NCBI GenBank assembly: GCA_026708055.1 | Contig: JAPOVS010000021.1 | Coordinates: forward strand, 10,451-74,450 | DNA from: a bacterium | Lineage (GTDB): Bacteria > Actinomycetota > Acidimicrobiia > Acidimicrobiales > CATQHL01 | Reading direction: 5' to 3' | DNA: 64,000 nucleotides | Shown here: positions 34,803-45,135 of the stretch, piece by piece | Layout of the letters: each line of letters begins with the position of its first letter | How positions within the stretch are numbered: the first letter of the stretch is position 1 | Position numbers and translations under genes: made by a program | Notes under the pieces: generated by a model | The model's input: the letters and a program-made list of their open reading frames with translations, nothing else | Database searches by the model: none | What the model was told of the DNA's origin: nothing

Positions 34803-35513
34803 TTGGAGTCCCCGGCGGCTCCCGGCTCGCCTCGGCGGGCTCGGTACGATGGCGGTGTGCCGTTTCCCGCCCGGCTGCTCTCGATCGACGAGGAGGTGGC
34901 GGTCGAGACCCGGCCCCACTGGACCTACCTGGCGGCGCAACTCGGCGCCCTCGTCGTGATGATCACCGCGGTCATCTGCGTCACCGTCGTGGTGGACGGG
35001 TTCCCGCTGGCGGCGATCATCACGATCGGGGTGGTGGCCGGCGTGTCGACGGCCGCCGCGGCCATCCGGCTGGTCCGCTGGGCCAACACCTACTACCTCG
35101 TGACCGACCGCCGGATCGTCTACTGGAAGGGCGTGCCGCGCTGGCGGGGCATCGAGCTGGGCCTCGACCTGGTGGACGAGATCGACGTCAAGCAGACGAT
35201 CTGGCAGCGCCTGCTGGGCGTCGGCACGGTGGCGGTCCGGTCGCAGGTGGAGGGCCACGTGCGCAGGCTCGCCTTCGTGCCGCGCCCGGCTGCGGTGCGC
35301 CAGCAGGTGTACCGCCTGCAGCGCGAAGCCACCGAGCGTGCGACCGAGCCCGCCCCGGCGGGGGGGCACGAGCCGGCGATGGGCGACGAGTTCCACGAGC
35401 CCGCGCTGGACATCCCCGACCAGATCCGCAAGCTGTACGAGCTCGTGGAGTTGGGGATCCTCTCCGAGGCGGAGTTCGAGGAGAAGAAGCGCGACCTGCT
35501 GAGGCGGCTCTGA
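34803..35513 (+). CDS. membrane bacterial-PH-domain protein with C-terminal SHOCT domain
   Basis: ETRPHW.., two TM helices, YYLVTDRRIV, C-terminal LYELVELGILSEAEFEEKKRDLL. Start uncertain. Confidence 0.65.
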   Translation: MESPAAPGSPRRARYDGGVPFPARLLSIDEEVAVETRPHWTYLAAQLGALVVMITAVICVTVVVDGFPLAAIITIGVVAGVSTAAAAIRLVRWANTYYLVTDRRIVYWKGVPRWRGIELGLDLVDEIDVKQTIWQRLLGVGTVAVRSQVEGHVRRLAFVPRPAAVRQQVYRLQREATERATEPAPAGGHEPAMGDEFHEPALDIPDQIRKLYELVELGILSEAEFEEKKRDLLRRL

Positions 35514-35559
35514 GGGCCGCAGGCACTCCCGGGGCGCAACGGACCGAGAGGAGGCCCCG

Positions 35560-36699
35560 ATGGGTCCACTGCAAGGCGTGAGGATCGTGGAGCTGGCCGG
35601 GATCGGTCCCGGCCCGTTCGCGGCCATGATGCTGGCCGACATGGGCGCGGACGTGATCTGCGTGGACCGGGCCGTCCCGGCGGCGAACCCGGAGTACCGC
35701 GCCCTGTCCGGCTCGATCCTGCGCCGGGGTCGCCGCTCGCTGGGCGTGGACCTCAAGAACCCGGAGGGTCAGGAGCTGGTGCTGCGCCTCGTCGCCGGCG
35801 CCGACGGCCTCATCGAGGGGTTCCGCCCGGGGGTGGCCGAGCGCCTGGGCGTCGGCCCCGACGTCTGCGGTGCCCGCAACCCCCGCCTGGTCTACGGGCG
35901 CATGACGGGTTGGGGCCAGGACGGTCCGCTGGCGCCGACCGTCGGCCACGACATCAACTACATCGCACTGTCGGGTGTGCTGTCGGCGATCGGGACACTC
36001 GGCGGGCCGCCGGTCCAGCCGCTGAACCTCATCGGGGACTTCGGGGGCGGCGGCATGCTGCTGGCCCTGGGGATGGTCGCCGGGATGCTGGAGGCACGGC
36101 GTTCGGGTCAGGGGCAGGTGATCGACGCCGCCATGAGCGAGGGCGCCGCGCTGCTGGCGACGGCGGTCTACGGCCTGCACGGCGCCGGGTGGTGGGGCGA
36201 GCGCGGCACCAACATCTTCGACGGCGGCGCCCACTTCTACGGCGTCTACGAGTGCGCCGACGGGGGCTACATGAGCGTCGGCCCCATGGAGCCGCAGTTC
36301 TACGCCGAGTTGCTGCAACTGCTGGAACTCGACCCGGCCGGATTGCCCCACCAGTACGACCAGGCCCGCTGGCCGGAAGCACGTGAGCGCCTGGCCGAGG
36401 TGTTCGCCACCCGGACCCGTGACGAGTGGTGCGCCGTCTTCGACGGCAGCGACGCCTGTGTGGCCCCCGTCCTGGACTTCGCCGAGGCCCCCACCCACCC
36501 CCACAACGAGGCCCGGGGGAACTTCTTCGAGTTCGACGGGGTCACCCAGCCCGCTCCCGCGCCGCGCTTCAGCCGCACGCCGTCGACGGTGGGCCGCCCG
36601 CCGCCGGAGCCCGGCGCCGACACCGACGAGGTGCTCGCGGAGTTGGGACTGAGCGCCGGCGAGATGGCGACGCTGCGCGCTGGCGGTGTCATCGCCTGA
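35560..36699 (+). CDS. CaiB/BaiF family III CoA-transferase (alpha-methylacyl-CoA racemase-like)
   Basis: GPLQGVRIVELAGIGPGPFAAMMLADMGADVI..GHDINYIA. Confidence 0.85.
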   Translation: MGPLQGVRIVELAGIGPGPFAAMMLADMGADVICVDRAVPAANPEYRALSGSILRRGRRSLGVDLKNPEGQELVLRLVAGADGLIEGFRPGVAERLGVGPDVCGARNPRLVYGRMTGWGQDGPLAPTVGHDINYIALSGVLSAIGTLGGPPVQPLNLIGDFGGGGMLLALGMVAGMLEARRSGQGQVIDAAMSEGAALLATAVYGLHGAGWWGERGTNIFDGGAHFYGVYECADGGYMSVGPMEPQFYAELLQLLELDPAGLPHQYDQARWPEARERLAEVFATRTRDEWCAVFDGSDACVAPVLDFAEAPTHPHNEARGNFFEFDGVTQPAPAPRFSRTPSTVGRPPPEPGADTDEVLAELGLSAGEMATLRAGGVIA

Positions 36700-36722
36700 G
36701 CACCCGGCCGGCGGCGCGCCCA

Positions 36723-36748
36723 TGGATCCCGGCCTACGCCGGGATGAC
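36723..36748 (-). repeat. REP-like palindrome TGGATCCCGGCCTACGCCGGGATGAC
   Basis: Intergenic copy of the family seen at 31513 and 31586. Confidence 0.75.
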
Positions 36749-36863
36749 GGTGTTAGGAGCCATCGCCTGAGCACCGCCGGGCGGCGACGCTGGCCGCGTC
36801 CTGGTCCGTCGCGCCGGTCACCGTCCCGGCCCGTCGCGCCCGCCGCTCCGTAGCCTGAGCGCC

Positions 36864-37655
36864 GTGGCGACCCTGGTCTGCTTCCATGCCCACCCCGACG
36901 ACGAGGCGATCGCCACCGGGGGCACCATGGCCAAGGCCGCCGCGGCCGGGCACCGGGTGGTGCTGGTGCTGGCCACGCGGGGCGAGGAGGGCGAGCAGAT
37001 CCCCGGCGTCGTGCCCGACGGCGAGGACCTCGGCGCCTGGCGCGAGCGGGAGACCCGGGACTCGGCGGCCGTGCTGGGATGCCATCGCGTGGTGTTCCTG
37101 GGCTACCGCGACTCGGGAATGGCTGGCGTGCCCACCAACGACGCCCCCGAGTCGTTCTGGCAGGCAGACGTGAACGAAGCCGCCCGGCGCCTGGCCGGGA
37201 TCCTGGCGACCGAGGGCGCGGACGTGCTGACCATCTACGACAGCCACGGCGGCTACGGCCATCCCGACCACGTGGCCGTGCACCGGGTCGGCACCCGGGC
37301 GGCCGAGCTGGCGGGCACGCCGCGGGTCTACTGGGCGACGATGAACCGCGATCGGGTCCGCGAGATGGTCGAGGCGGCCGAACGCGCCGGCACACCGCTC
37401 AACGCCGAGCGCACCGAGCGCGTCGACAGCGAGGAGTTCGGCCTGCCCGACGCCGACATCACCCACGCCGTGGACGTCACCGGCGTGCTGGACCGGAAGC
37501 GGGCCGCGATGGCCGCCCACGCCAGCCAGATCGGGGCGGACTCGTTCTTCCTGAACCTGCCGGAGGGGGACTTCGCCGCCGCCTTCGGCACCGAATGGTT
37601 CGTGCGTCCCGACCGGCCGCGCAACGGCCCGCAGGCGCCCGACTTGTTCGCCTGA
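36864..37655 (+). CDS. PIG-L/LmbE family deacetylase
   Basis: VCFHAHPDDEAIATGG..GYGHPDHV. Confidence 0.85.
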   Translation: MATLVCFHAHPDDEAIATGGTMAKAAAAGHRVVLVLATRGEEGEQIPGVVPDGEDLGAWRERETRDSAAVLGCHRVVFLGYRDSGMAGVPTNDAPESFWQADVNEAARRLAGILATEGADVLTIYDSHGGYGHPDHVAVHRVGTRAAELAGTPRVYWATMNRDRVREMVEAAERAGTPLNAERTERVDSEEFGLPDADITHAVDVTGVLDRKRAAMAAHASQIGADSFFLNLPEGDFAAAFGTEWFVRPDRPRNGPQAPDLFA

Positions 37656-37691
37656 GGATGGTCGGCGCCGCCCGGAGCCGCTGAGGCGACG

Positions 37692-38063
37692 GTGGGGTTC
37701 GGCTCGCTCTCGGCGGCGCACGGCACGCTCGCCTGGGTCGCCCTGGCCGGCAACGGGGCCGCCGCGGTCTGGGCCCTGGCCGCGCACCGCCTGGCGCCGC
37801 TGCGCGGGCGCCCCCTGTGGTGGTTCGTGGCCCTCGCCCAGGTGCTGCTGGCCGTCGAGGTGGCGCTCGGCGTGGGGCTCATGGCGGGCCAGGGGCGGGC
37901 GGTGTCGGGCATCCACACCTTCTACGGCTTCATCACGCTCGCCGCGGTGGGGATCCTCTTCAGCTATCGCGGCCACCTGAGCCGGACGCGGCGCTACCTG
38001 CTCTACGGCTGGGGCGGGCTGTTCATCACCGGCCTCGTGATCAGGACGATGATCATCGGCTGA
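37692..38063 (+). CDS. hypothetical membrane protein
   Basis: Four hydrophobic helices. No recognised family. Confidence 0.5.
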   Translation: MGFGSLSAAHGTLAWVALAGNGAAAVWALAAHRLAPLRGRPLWWFVALAQVLLAVEVALGVGLMAGQGRAVSGIHTFYGFITLAAVGILFSYRGHLSRTRRYLLYGWGGLFITGLVIRTMIIG

Positions 38064-38240
38064 GCCCCCGCATCACCCCAACACCCGGACCGCCCCCGAT
38101 CGGTCAAGCACCCACGGGCGCACCGCGCCGGGGTGGGCGGATTCCGGGGGCTTCGGGAATAAACCCGGCCGGGGAATGTTGTACAGGTCGAATCCCGCCG
38201 CCGTGCGGGAAACAGCCGACGAGGAACCGAGAGGAGTCAC

Positions 38241-38669
38241 ATGATGTTCCCGCGGACGATCAGCCCAGGCCTGTTCGAGCGTCTCGCTCCTTTGGCCTTC
38301 CCCACGACAGAGACACTCGCCGCCCCCTACGACGTCTACCGGTTCGAGGACCGGGTGGAGGTGTGGATGGATCTGCCGGGCGTGGACCCGGCCGACATCG
38401 ACATCACCGTCGAGGGGAGGGACGTCACCATCGCCGGCCGGCGGCAGGCCCCCGAGGTCTCCGAGGCCGAACTGGCCGCCGCAGGGCGCCGGCACGGAAC
38501 CTTCCAGAGGCGCCTGCACCTCGGCCGGACCCTCAGTCTGGAGGCGATCGAGGCCGACTACCGCGACGGCGTCCTGAAGCTCGCCATCCCGCTCGCCGAG
38601 GTCGCCCGGCCTCGCAAGGTGCTCGTCAACACCGCACCGGCGGAGGCCATCGACGTGACCGCCGGCTGA
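38241..38669 (+). CDS. Hsp20/alpha-crystallin family chaperone
   Basis: DVYRFEDRVEVWMDLPGVDPADIDITVEGRDVTIAG..GTFQRRLHL..ADYRDGVLKLAIP. Confidence 0.85.
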   Translation: MMFPRTISPGLFERLAPLAFPTTETLAAPYDVYRFEDRVEVWMDLPGVDPADIDITVEGRDVTIAGRRQAPEVSEAELAAAGRRHGTFQRRLHLGRTLSLEAIEADYRDGVLKLAIPLAEVARPRKVLVNTAPAEAIDVTAG

Positions 38670-38822
38670 TCCACTCCCTTCCCTCCCCCCCCGTTCGTGG
38701 CCCGGCCGGTGCCGGGCCACGAACGCGTCGGGTGGCCGTGCGCGCCGGCGTGGTCGTCGCGACGACCTGTTGGGTGCGGTCACCTACGATTGTCCCGTCG
38801 CCTCAACGCGGAGGAGGTCGAG

Positions 38823-39059
38823 ATGTCGGTGAGTGCGTACATCCTCATCCAGACCGAGATGGACCAGGCGGCGGACGTGGCCCGCAGCATCCGGGGCATG
38901 GACGGCGTGGAGGCAACCGACGTGATGACCGGTCCCTATGACGTGATCGTGAAGGCCACCGCCCCCGACATGAACAGCCTCGGGCACATGGTGATCAGCC
39001 GGATCCAGGCGGTGGGCGGCATCACGCGCACCCTGACCTGCCCCGTCGTGGAGATCTGA
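38823..39059 (+). CDS. Lrp/AsnC ligand-binding-domain-only protein
   Basis: SAYILIQTE..V..TGPYDVIVKATAPDMNSLGHMVISRIQAVGGITRT. ATG lies after GAGGAGG. Confidence 0.7.
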   Translation: MSVSAYILIQTEMDQAADVARSIRGMDGVEATDVMTGPYDVIVKATAPDMNSLGHMVISRIQAVGGITRTLTCPVVEI

Positions 39060-39064
39060 GCCCC

Positions 39065-40876
39065 TCAGGCCGCCAGACGCTTCTCCAGGAGCGCCAGTTC
39101 CTCCCAGAGTTCGCCCGGCAGGTGCCTGCCGAAGCCGGCGAAGTGTTCCCGGATGAGGTCCACCTCGGCTCGCCAGGCCTCCCGGTCCACCGCCAGCAGC
39201 TCGTCCATGTCTTCCGGCGGCACCTCCAGCCCCGACAGGTCCAGGGCGCCGGGCGGCGGGGTCAGCCCCAGCGGGGTCTCGACGGCCTCGCCGCGCCCCT
39301 CGGTCCGCTCGACGATCCAGCGCAGCACGCGGCAGTTCTCGCCGAATCCGGGCCACAGGAAGCGCCCGTCGTCGCCGCGCCGGAACCAGTTCACCCAGAA
39401 CATCTGCGGCAGGCGGGAGGGGTCGCGGGCGGCGCCCACCTCCAGCCAGTGGGCCATGTAGTCGCCCATGTTGTAGCCGCAGAAGGGCCGCATGGCGAAG
39501 GGGTCGAAGCGCACCCTGCCCATCTCGCCTTCGGCTGCCGCGGTGGTCTCCGAACTGAGGATCGAGCCCAGGAACACGCCGTGGCGCCAGTCGCGCGCCG
39601 CGGTGATCAGCGGGGCGTTGCGTGCCCGGCGGCCGCCGAAGACGATGGCCGAGATCGGCACGCCCGCCGGGTCCTCCCATTCGGGCGCTATCGAGGGGCA
39701 TTGGGAGGCGGGAGCCGTGAAGCGGGCGTTGGGATGCGCCGCCGGTTCGCCGCTTCCGGGCGACCAGGCTCGTCCACGCCAGTCGGTCAGTCCTTCCGGC
39801 GGGGTGGGGGTGAGGTCGGCCCACCAGACGTCACCGTCGGCGGTGGCGGCCACGTTGGTGAAGATGCAGTTGCCCCACAGGGTGTCGATGCCGTTGGGGT
39901 TGGTGCGGTACGACGTATTGGGGGCCACGCCGAAGAAGCCGTGCTCGGGGTTGATGGCGTACAGGCGCCCGTCGTCGCCGAATTGCATCCAGGCGATGTC
40001 GTCGCCCAGGGTCTCGACCTTCCAGCCCGGAAGCGTCGGCACCATCATGGCCATGTTGGTCTTGCCGCAGGCCGACGGGAAGGCCCCGGCCACGTAGTGC
40101 TTCTGCCCTCCGGGCGGGGTGACGCTCATGATCAGCATGTGCTCGGCCAGCCAGCCCTCGTCGCGGGCCATGACCGAGGCGATGCGCAGGGCGAAGCACT
40201 TCTTGCCCAGCAGGGCGTTGCCGCCGTAGCCCGAGCCGTACGACATGATCTCCCGGGTCTCGGGGAAGTGGGCGATGTACTTGTTGTCGGCGTCGCAGGG
40301 CCACGGATCGTCGGGGCGCCCGTCACTCAGCGGCTGCCCGACCGAGTGCAGGCACGGCACGAAGTCGCCGTCCTCGCCGAGTTGGGCCAGCACCTCGTCG
40401 CCGATGCGCGCCATGATCCGCATGTTCACCACGACGTAGGCCGAGTCGGTGAGCTGCACGCCGATCTGGGAGATGTGCGACCGCAGCGGTCCCATGCTGA
40501 AGGGGATCACGTACATCGTGCGTCCCCGCATGGCGCCCCGGAAGTGCTCGAGAAGCTCTGCCTTCAGTTCGGTGGGGGCGCGCCAGTTGTTGGTCGGTCC
40601 GGCGTCGTCGGGGTCGGCCGAGGCGATGAACGTGCGATTCTCCACCCGGGCGACGTCCGCGGGATCCGAGCGTGCCAGGAAGCTGTTGGGGCGCAGCTCG
40701 GGATTGAGCCGGTGGAGGGTCCCTGAGGCCTCCAGGGAGGCGCAGAGCCGCTCCCACTCGGCCTCGCTGCCGTCGCACCAGTGGACGTCGTCGGGCCCGA
40801 GGACCTGCCGGCACTCCTCCACCCAGGCCAGGAGGCGCCGGTGGGTGGTGGCGGCTCTGACGTCGGTGGTGGTCAT
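39065..40876 (-). CDS. pckG: phosphoenolpyruvate carboxykinase (GTP)
   Basis: [37 protein letters not shown]. Confidence 0.95.
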   Translation of the reverse strand: MTTTDVRAATTHRRLLAWVEECRQVLGPDDVHWCDGSEAEWERLCASLEASGTLHRLNPELRPNSFLARSDPADVARVENRTFIASADPDDAGPTNNWRAPTELKAELLEHFRGAMRGRTMYVIPFSMGPLRSHISQIGVQLTDSAYVVVNMRIMARIGDEVLAQLGEDGDFVPCLHSVGQPLSDGRPDDPWPCDADNKYIAHFPETREIMSYGSGYGGNALLGKKCFALRIASVMARDEGWLAEHMLIMSVTPPGGQKHYVAGAFPSACGKTNMAMMVPTLPGWKVETLGDDIAWMQFGDDGRLYAINPEHGFFGVAPNTSYRTNPNGIDTLWGNCIFTNVAATADGDVWWADLTPTPPEGLTDWRGRAWSPGSGEPAAHPNARFTAPASQCPSIAPEWEDPAGVPISAIVFGGRRARNAPLITAARDWRHGVFLGSILSSETTAAAEGEMGRVRFDPFAMRPFCGYNMGDYMAHWLEVGAARDPSRLPQMFWVNWFRRGDDGRFLWPGFGENCRVLRWIVERTEGRGEAVETPLGLTPPPGALDLSGLEVPPEDMDELLAVDREAWRAEVDLIREHFAGFGRHLPGELWEELALLEKRLAA

Positions 40877-40906
40877 GGGGCTGCTCGCAGCACGGCGCCG
40901 GCGGTC

Positions 40907-41134
40907 TCAGTAGAGATGCGTCGGGGTGCCCATGTCGACCTCGCTGCCGAGGCGCAGGGCGGTGGCCCGGCCGTCGTCGTCGAGATCGAAGATCACCCTC
41001 TGGCCCTGGCGGAGGAACCGGAACACGGATCCCTCGAGAGCGCCCTCGGCGAGGTCGCACTCGATGAAGTCGGTGTCGCGCACGACGACGCCGTCACCGG
41101 TGACGGGGTCGTAGGACTTGATGACTCCCTGCAT
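40907..41134 (-). CDS. small conserved hypothetical protein (cold-shock/OB-like)
   Basis: MQGVIKSYDPVTGDGVVV..FRFLRQGQRVIFDL. ATG lies after GGGGAGAA. Confidence 0.5.
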   Translation of the reverse strand: MQGVIKSYDPVTGDGVVVRDTDFIECDLAEGALEGSVFRFLRQGQRVIFDLDDDGRATALRLGSEVDMGTPTHLY

Positions 41135-41332
41135 GCGCGATTCTCCCCGCTGTGTGGTCCGCGGTGGGTGGTCCCCGGTATGTGACAGCGCTCGGCGAGG
41201 TCCCCGCCGAGCGTGCCCGCAGGGTAGTCGGCCGCGCACCGGCGCGAGGCGGATCGCGCCGCCGGTGTGACGAGGGTCGCATCGCCGGTGGCTGGCCGGG
41301 CCGGCAACCCGCCGTCGCTATTGTGTAGCGGC

Positions 41333-42940
41333 GTGGCTCCCCTCGACAGTTTGACCGCCGATCACGTTGACCTGCTGATGCGGCGCTACAGCGAGGCGCT
41401 GGCTGCTCACCGGTCCGTCATCGACGCCCTCAACGTCTACCCGGTGCCCGACGGCGACACGGGCACGAACATGTCGCTGACGCTGCGGGCGGTGGTCGAT
41501 GCCCTGCCCCCCGACTGTGATCTGCGTTCGGTGTGCCAGGCCATCTACGACAGCGCCCTGGCCGCGGGCCGCGGCAACTCGGGGATCATCGTGTCGCAGT
41601 TCCTGCGCGCCATGGCGGGCGCCTGGCGCGAGGAGGTGACGATCGACGCCGCCGGCCTGGCCGGCAGCCTGGAGGCCGCCTCGGTGGCGGCCTACGGCGC
41701 CGTGGCGCGGCCGGTGGAGGGCACAATCCTGACGGTGGGGAAGGACGTGGCGGCGGCCGCCGCGGCCGCGGCCCGCCGGGACGCGCCCCTCGCCGAGGTG
41801 ATCGAGGCGGCCATCGAGGCCGGCCGGGAGAGCCTGGAGCGCACCCCGGAGCTGCTGGAGGTGCTGCGCACCGCCGGGGTGGTGGACGCCGGCGGCAAGG
41901 GTCTGCTGCTGCTGCTGGACGCCCTGGCGCACGTGGTCGACGGGCGCCCCCTGCCCGAGCCGCCCGAGGTGAGCGCCCCGCTGCTCGGCGACGACCCCCA
42001 CCACATCGAGGGCGCCGGCGACGTGGCCGACCTGCGCTACGAGGTGATGTTCCTGCTGGACGCCGGCGGCGACCGGATCGCCGCCTTCCGGGACCGCTGG
42101 GAGCAGTTGGGGGACTCCATCGTGGTCGTCGGCGGCGACGGGCTGTGGAACTGCCACATCCACACCGACGACATCGGCGGTTCCATCGAAGCCGGGATCG
42201 AGGCCGGCCGCCCGCACCGCATCCAGGTCACCGACCTCCACGAGCAGGTCTCCCACGTCGACCACGTGGCGGCGCCGGTGCGCACCACGACAGGGGTCGT
42301 GGCCGTGGCCACCGGCGACGGTGTGGGGCGCATCTTCAAGGGGCTGGGGGCCGCCGAGCTGGTGACCGGCGGCCAGACCATGAACCCCTCGGTGGCCACG
42401 CTCCTGGAGGCGGTGGAGCGCACCCCCTCCCACGGCGTCGTGGTGCTGCCCAACAACAAGAACATCGTCCTGGCCGCCCAGCAGCTGCAGGAGCTCACCG
42501 ATAAGGTCGTGGTGGTGGTGCCGACGGTCAGCATCCCCGCCGGCCTCAGCGCCATGGTGGAGTTCGATCCCGAGTCCGAGGCGGCGCGCAACGGCGAGGT
42601 GATGGCCGCCCTGGCCGAGGAGGTGACCGCCGGCGAGGTGACCCGCGCCGTGCGCGACGCCGCCACGCCGGCGGGCCCGGTGGCCGAGGGCGACTTCATG
42701 GGTCTCAGCGCCGGCGACGTGCAGTGCGTCGCTCAGGATCTGGTCACCGTCACCTGCGGCCTGCTGGACCGGATCGTCGGCGACGAGCACGAGATCGTGA
42801 CGCTCATCTGCGGCGCCGAGGCCACCGAGGCGGACACCGAGGCGGTGGCGAGTTGGCTGGCGGACGCCCGGCCGCACGTCGAGCTGGAGGTGCACGCCGG
42901 TGGCCAGCCCCTCTACCACTACTACGTCGGCGTCGAATAG
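41333..42940 (+). CDS. DAK2 domain fusion protein (YloV family)
   Basis: LNVYPVPDGDTGTNM, GNSGII. Start is either GTG 41333 or 41267. Confidence 0.85.
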   Translation: MAPLDSLTADHVDLLMRRYSEALAAHRSVIDALNVYPVPDGDTGTNMSLTLRAVVDALPPDCDLRSVCQAIYDSALAAGRGNSGIIVSQFLRAMAGAWREEVTIDAAGLAGSLEAASVAAYGAVARPVEGTILTVGKDVAAAAAAAARRDAPLAEVIEAAIEAGRESLERTPELLEVLRTAGVVDAGGKGLLLLLDALAHVVDGRPLPEPPEVSAPLLGDDPHHIEGAGDVADLRYEVMFLLDAGGDRIAAFRDRWEQLGDSIVVVGGDGLWNCHIHTDDIGGSIEAGIEAGRPHRIQVTDLHEQVSHVDHVAAPVRTTTGVVAVATGDGVGRIFKGLGAAELVTGGQTMNPSVATLLEAVERTPSHGVVVLPNNKNIVLAAQQLQELTDKVVVVVPTVSIPAGLSAMVEFDPESEAARNGEVMAALAEEVTAGEVTRAVRDAATPAGPVAEGDFMGLSAGDVQCVAQDLVTVTCGLLDRIVGDEHEIVTLICGAEATEADTEAVASWLADARPHVELEVHAGGQPLYHYYVGVE

Positions 42941-42968
42941 CCGCCGGGCCCGGCGGTGCTGCTGACCC

Positions 42969-45122
42969 GTGGCTGAGGCGCCCGCCCCGCTGACCTGGCG
43001 GGACCTGGCCGGGATCGGTCTGGCGCGCCTGAAGCGCGGCAACGAGCGCAGGGTTCAGGCGCTGAGCGAGCTGGGCGTGGCGCACCTGGGAGACCTGCTC
43101 ACCTACTACCCCCGCCGCTACCTGGACCGCAGCCGCGAGGCCACCGTCGACGAGCTGAACGTGGGCGAGGACGCCATGGTCCTGGCCACCGTCGAGAAGG
43201 TGAGGGCCATCCCGGGCCGCAACCGGCGCGCCCGCGTGGAGGTGCTGGTGAGCGACCGGGAGGGCGCCCGCCTGAGCTGCGTCTTCTTCAACCAGCCGTG
43301 GCGGGCCAAGCAGCTGCGCGAGGACATGCAGGCGGTGCTGTACGGGCGCCTGGAGGTGTTCCGGGGCGGGCTGCAGATGACCAACCCGGTCGTGGATCTG
43401 GTGGGCAACCGCACCGGGGGGATATTCGCCGTCTACCCGCAGTCGGCCAAGGCGGCCATCACCACCTGGGAGATCGCCGACATGGTGGGCGAGGGGCTGC
43501 GGCGCTGCGACCAGCGCGGCATCGCCGACCCCGTGCCGCCGGAGCTGCTGGCGGACCACGACCTGTGCGGGCGGCACGAGGCCCTGCGGCTGGTGCACAG
43601 CCCGGAGTCCTTCGCCGAGGCGACCCGGGGCAGGAACCGGCTGGTCTTCGACGAGCTGCTGCGGATGCAGGTGGTGCTGGTGGGTCGCAAGCGGCTGCGG
43701 GAGCGCTCCGGCGACGGCATCGCCCACCGGCTGGACGCCGAACTGCTGGATGGCTTCCGCCGGCGGCTGCCCTTCGCCTTGACCGCCGCTCAGAGCCGCA
43801 CCGTCGACGAGATCCTGACCGACCTGCAACAGCCGTGGCCGATGCACCGGCTGCTGCAGGGAGAGGTGGGTTCGGGCAAGACGGTGGTGGCTCTGATGGC
43901 CATGCTGGCGGTGGTCTGCGGCGGCGGCCAGGCCGCCCTGATGGCGCCCACCGAGGTGCTGGCCGAGCAGCACTACCTGGGTCTCAGCGAGCTGCTGCGC
44001 TCGCTGGACGGCGCCGGCGGCTTCGGGAGCGGCGGCGGGCGGCTGGCCCTCGGCGGCCTGCCGCCGGTGACCCTGGAGTTGCTGACGGGTCGCGTCCGCG
44101 CCTCGGGGCGCGAGCGGATCCTCGGCGGCCTCGCCTCCGGGGAGATCCCCATGGTCGTGGGCACGCACGCCCTCATCAGCGAAGGCGTGGCCTTCGAGTC
44201 CCTGGGCCTGGCCGTGGTCGACGAGCAGCACCGCTTCGGCGTGGAGCAGCGCGCCGCCCTGCGGGCCCGCGGCGCCGGCGGTGGCCTGCCGGACGTGCTG
44301 GTCATGACGGCCACGCCCATCCCGCGCACGGCCGCCATGACCGTCTACGGCGACCTGGACGTCTCACGCCTCGACGAGCTGCCCGCCGGGCGGGCCGGCG
44401 TCACCACCGCGGCGGTGACCGAGGCGCTCCAGCAGACCGCCGTGTGGGAGCGGCTGCGGGACGAGGTCGCCGCCGGCCGGCAGGCGTACGTGGTGTGCCC
44501 ACTCATCGAGGAGTCCGACAAGGTGGAGGCGGCCGGGGCGGAGGCGACCTACGAGGAGCTGCGCGCCGGCGAGCTGGCCGGCCTGCGGGTGGGGCTGCTG
44601 CACGGGCGCCTGCCGGCGAGCGCCCGGGAGCCCGTGATGGCCGCCTTCCGGCGCGGCGAGCTCGACGTGCTGGTCGCCACGACGGTCATCGAGGTGGGTG
44701 TGGACGTGCCCAACGCCACCGTCATGGTCATCCTCGGCGCCGACCGCTTCGGCATCGCCCAACTCCACCAGTTGCGGGGCAGGGTGGGGCGCGGGTCCCA
44801 GCCGGGATGGTGCTTCCTGGTGGCCGAGAGCCCCTCGCCGCCGGCGCAGGCGCGCCTGGCTGCCCTCGTGGACAACACCGACGGTTTCGAACTGTCCGAG
44901 ATCGACTTGGACCTGCGCGGCGAGGGCACCCTGATGGACTCCCGCCAGACCGGCCGCAGCGACCTGAAGCTGGCCTCGCTGCGCCGGGACCGCGACTGGA
45001 TCCCCCTGGCGCGCCGGGCGGCCGAGTCGATCTGCGACGCCGGCGGCCCGGACGCCGTGCTCGCCGATGAGATCGCGCTGCTGCTGAGCGACGCCGACAT
45101 CGACTATTTCGACAAGTCCTAG
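42969..45122 (+). CDS. recG: ATP-dependent DNA helicase RecG
   Basis: Wedge domain, LQGEVGSGKT, VVDEQHRFG, MTATPIPRT, QLHQLRGRVGRG. Confidence 0.95.
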   Translation: MAEAPAPLTWRDLAGIGLARLKRGNERRVQALSELGVAHLGDLLTYYPRRYLDRSREATVDELNVGEDAMVLATVEKVRAIPGRNRRARVEVLVSDREGARLSCVFFNQPWRAKQLREDMQAVLYGRLEVFRGGLQMTNPVVDLVGNRTGGIFAVYPQSAKAAITTWEIADMVGEGLRRCDQRGIADPVPPELLADHDLCGRHEALRLVHSPESFAEATRGRNRLVFDELLRMQVVLVGRKRLRERSGDGIAHRLDAELLDGFRRRLPFALTAAQSRTVDEILTDLQQPWPMHRLLQGEVGSGKTVVALMAMLAVVCGGGQAALMAPTEVLAEQHYLGLSELLRSLDGAGGFGSGGGRLALGGLPPVTLELLTGRVRASGRERILGGLASGEIPMVVGTHALISEGVAFESLGLAVVDEQHRFGVEQRAALRARGAGGGLPDVLVMTATPIPRTAAMTVYGDLDVSRLDELPAGRAGVTTAAVTEALQQTAVWERLRDEVAAGRQAYVVCPLIEESDKVEAAGAEATYEELRAGELAGLRVGLLHGRLPASAREPVMAAFRRGELDVLVATTVIEVGVDVPNATVMVILGADRFGIAQLHQLRGRVGRGSQPGWCFLVAESPSPPAQARLAALVDNTDGFELSEIDLDLRGEGTLMDSRQTGRSDLKLASLRRDRDWIPLARRAAESICDAGGPDAVLADEIALLLSDADIDYFDKS

Positions 45123-45135
45123 GCAGGATGGGGCG

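Noticed and set aside
35188-37395. 735-aa minus-strand ORF, and similar long ORFs at 41318..43042, 44728..46419, 47325..49238, 54873..57305, 58014..59660 and the 5' two-thirds of 30164..32911
   Set aside because: All overlap well-supported genes on the opposite strand or in another frame (CoA-transferase/PIG-L, DAK2, recG-rsmD, yceD-plsX, RR/HK/HtrA, ftsY/ffh, helicase). All have shadow-ORF composition.
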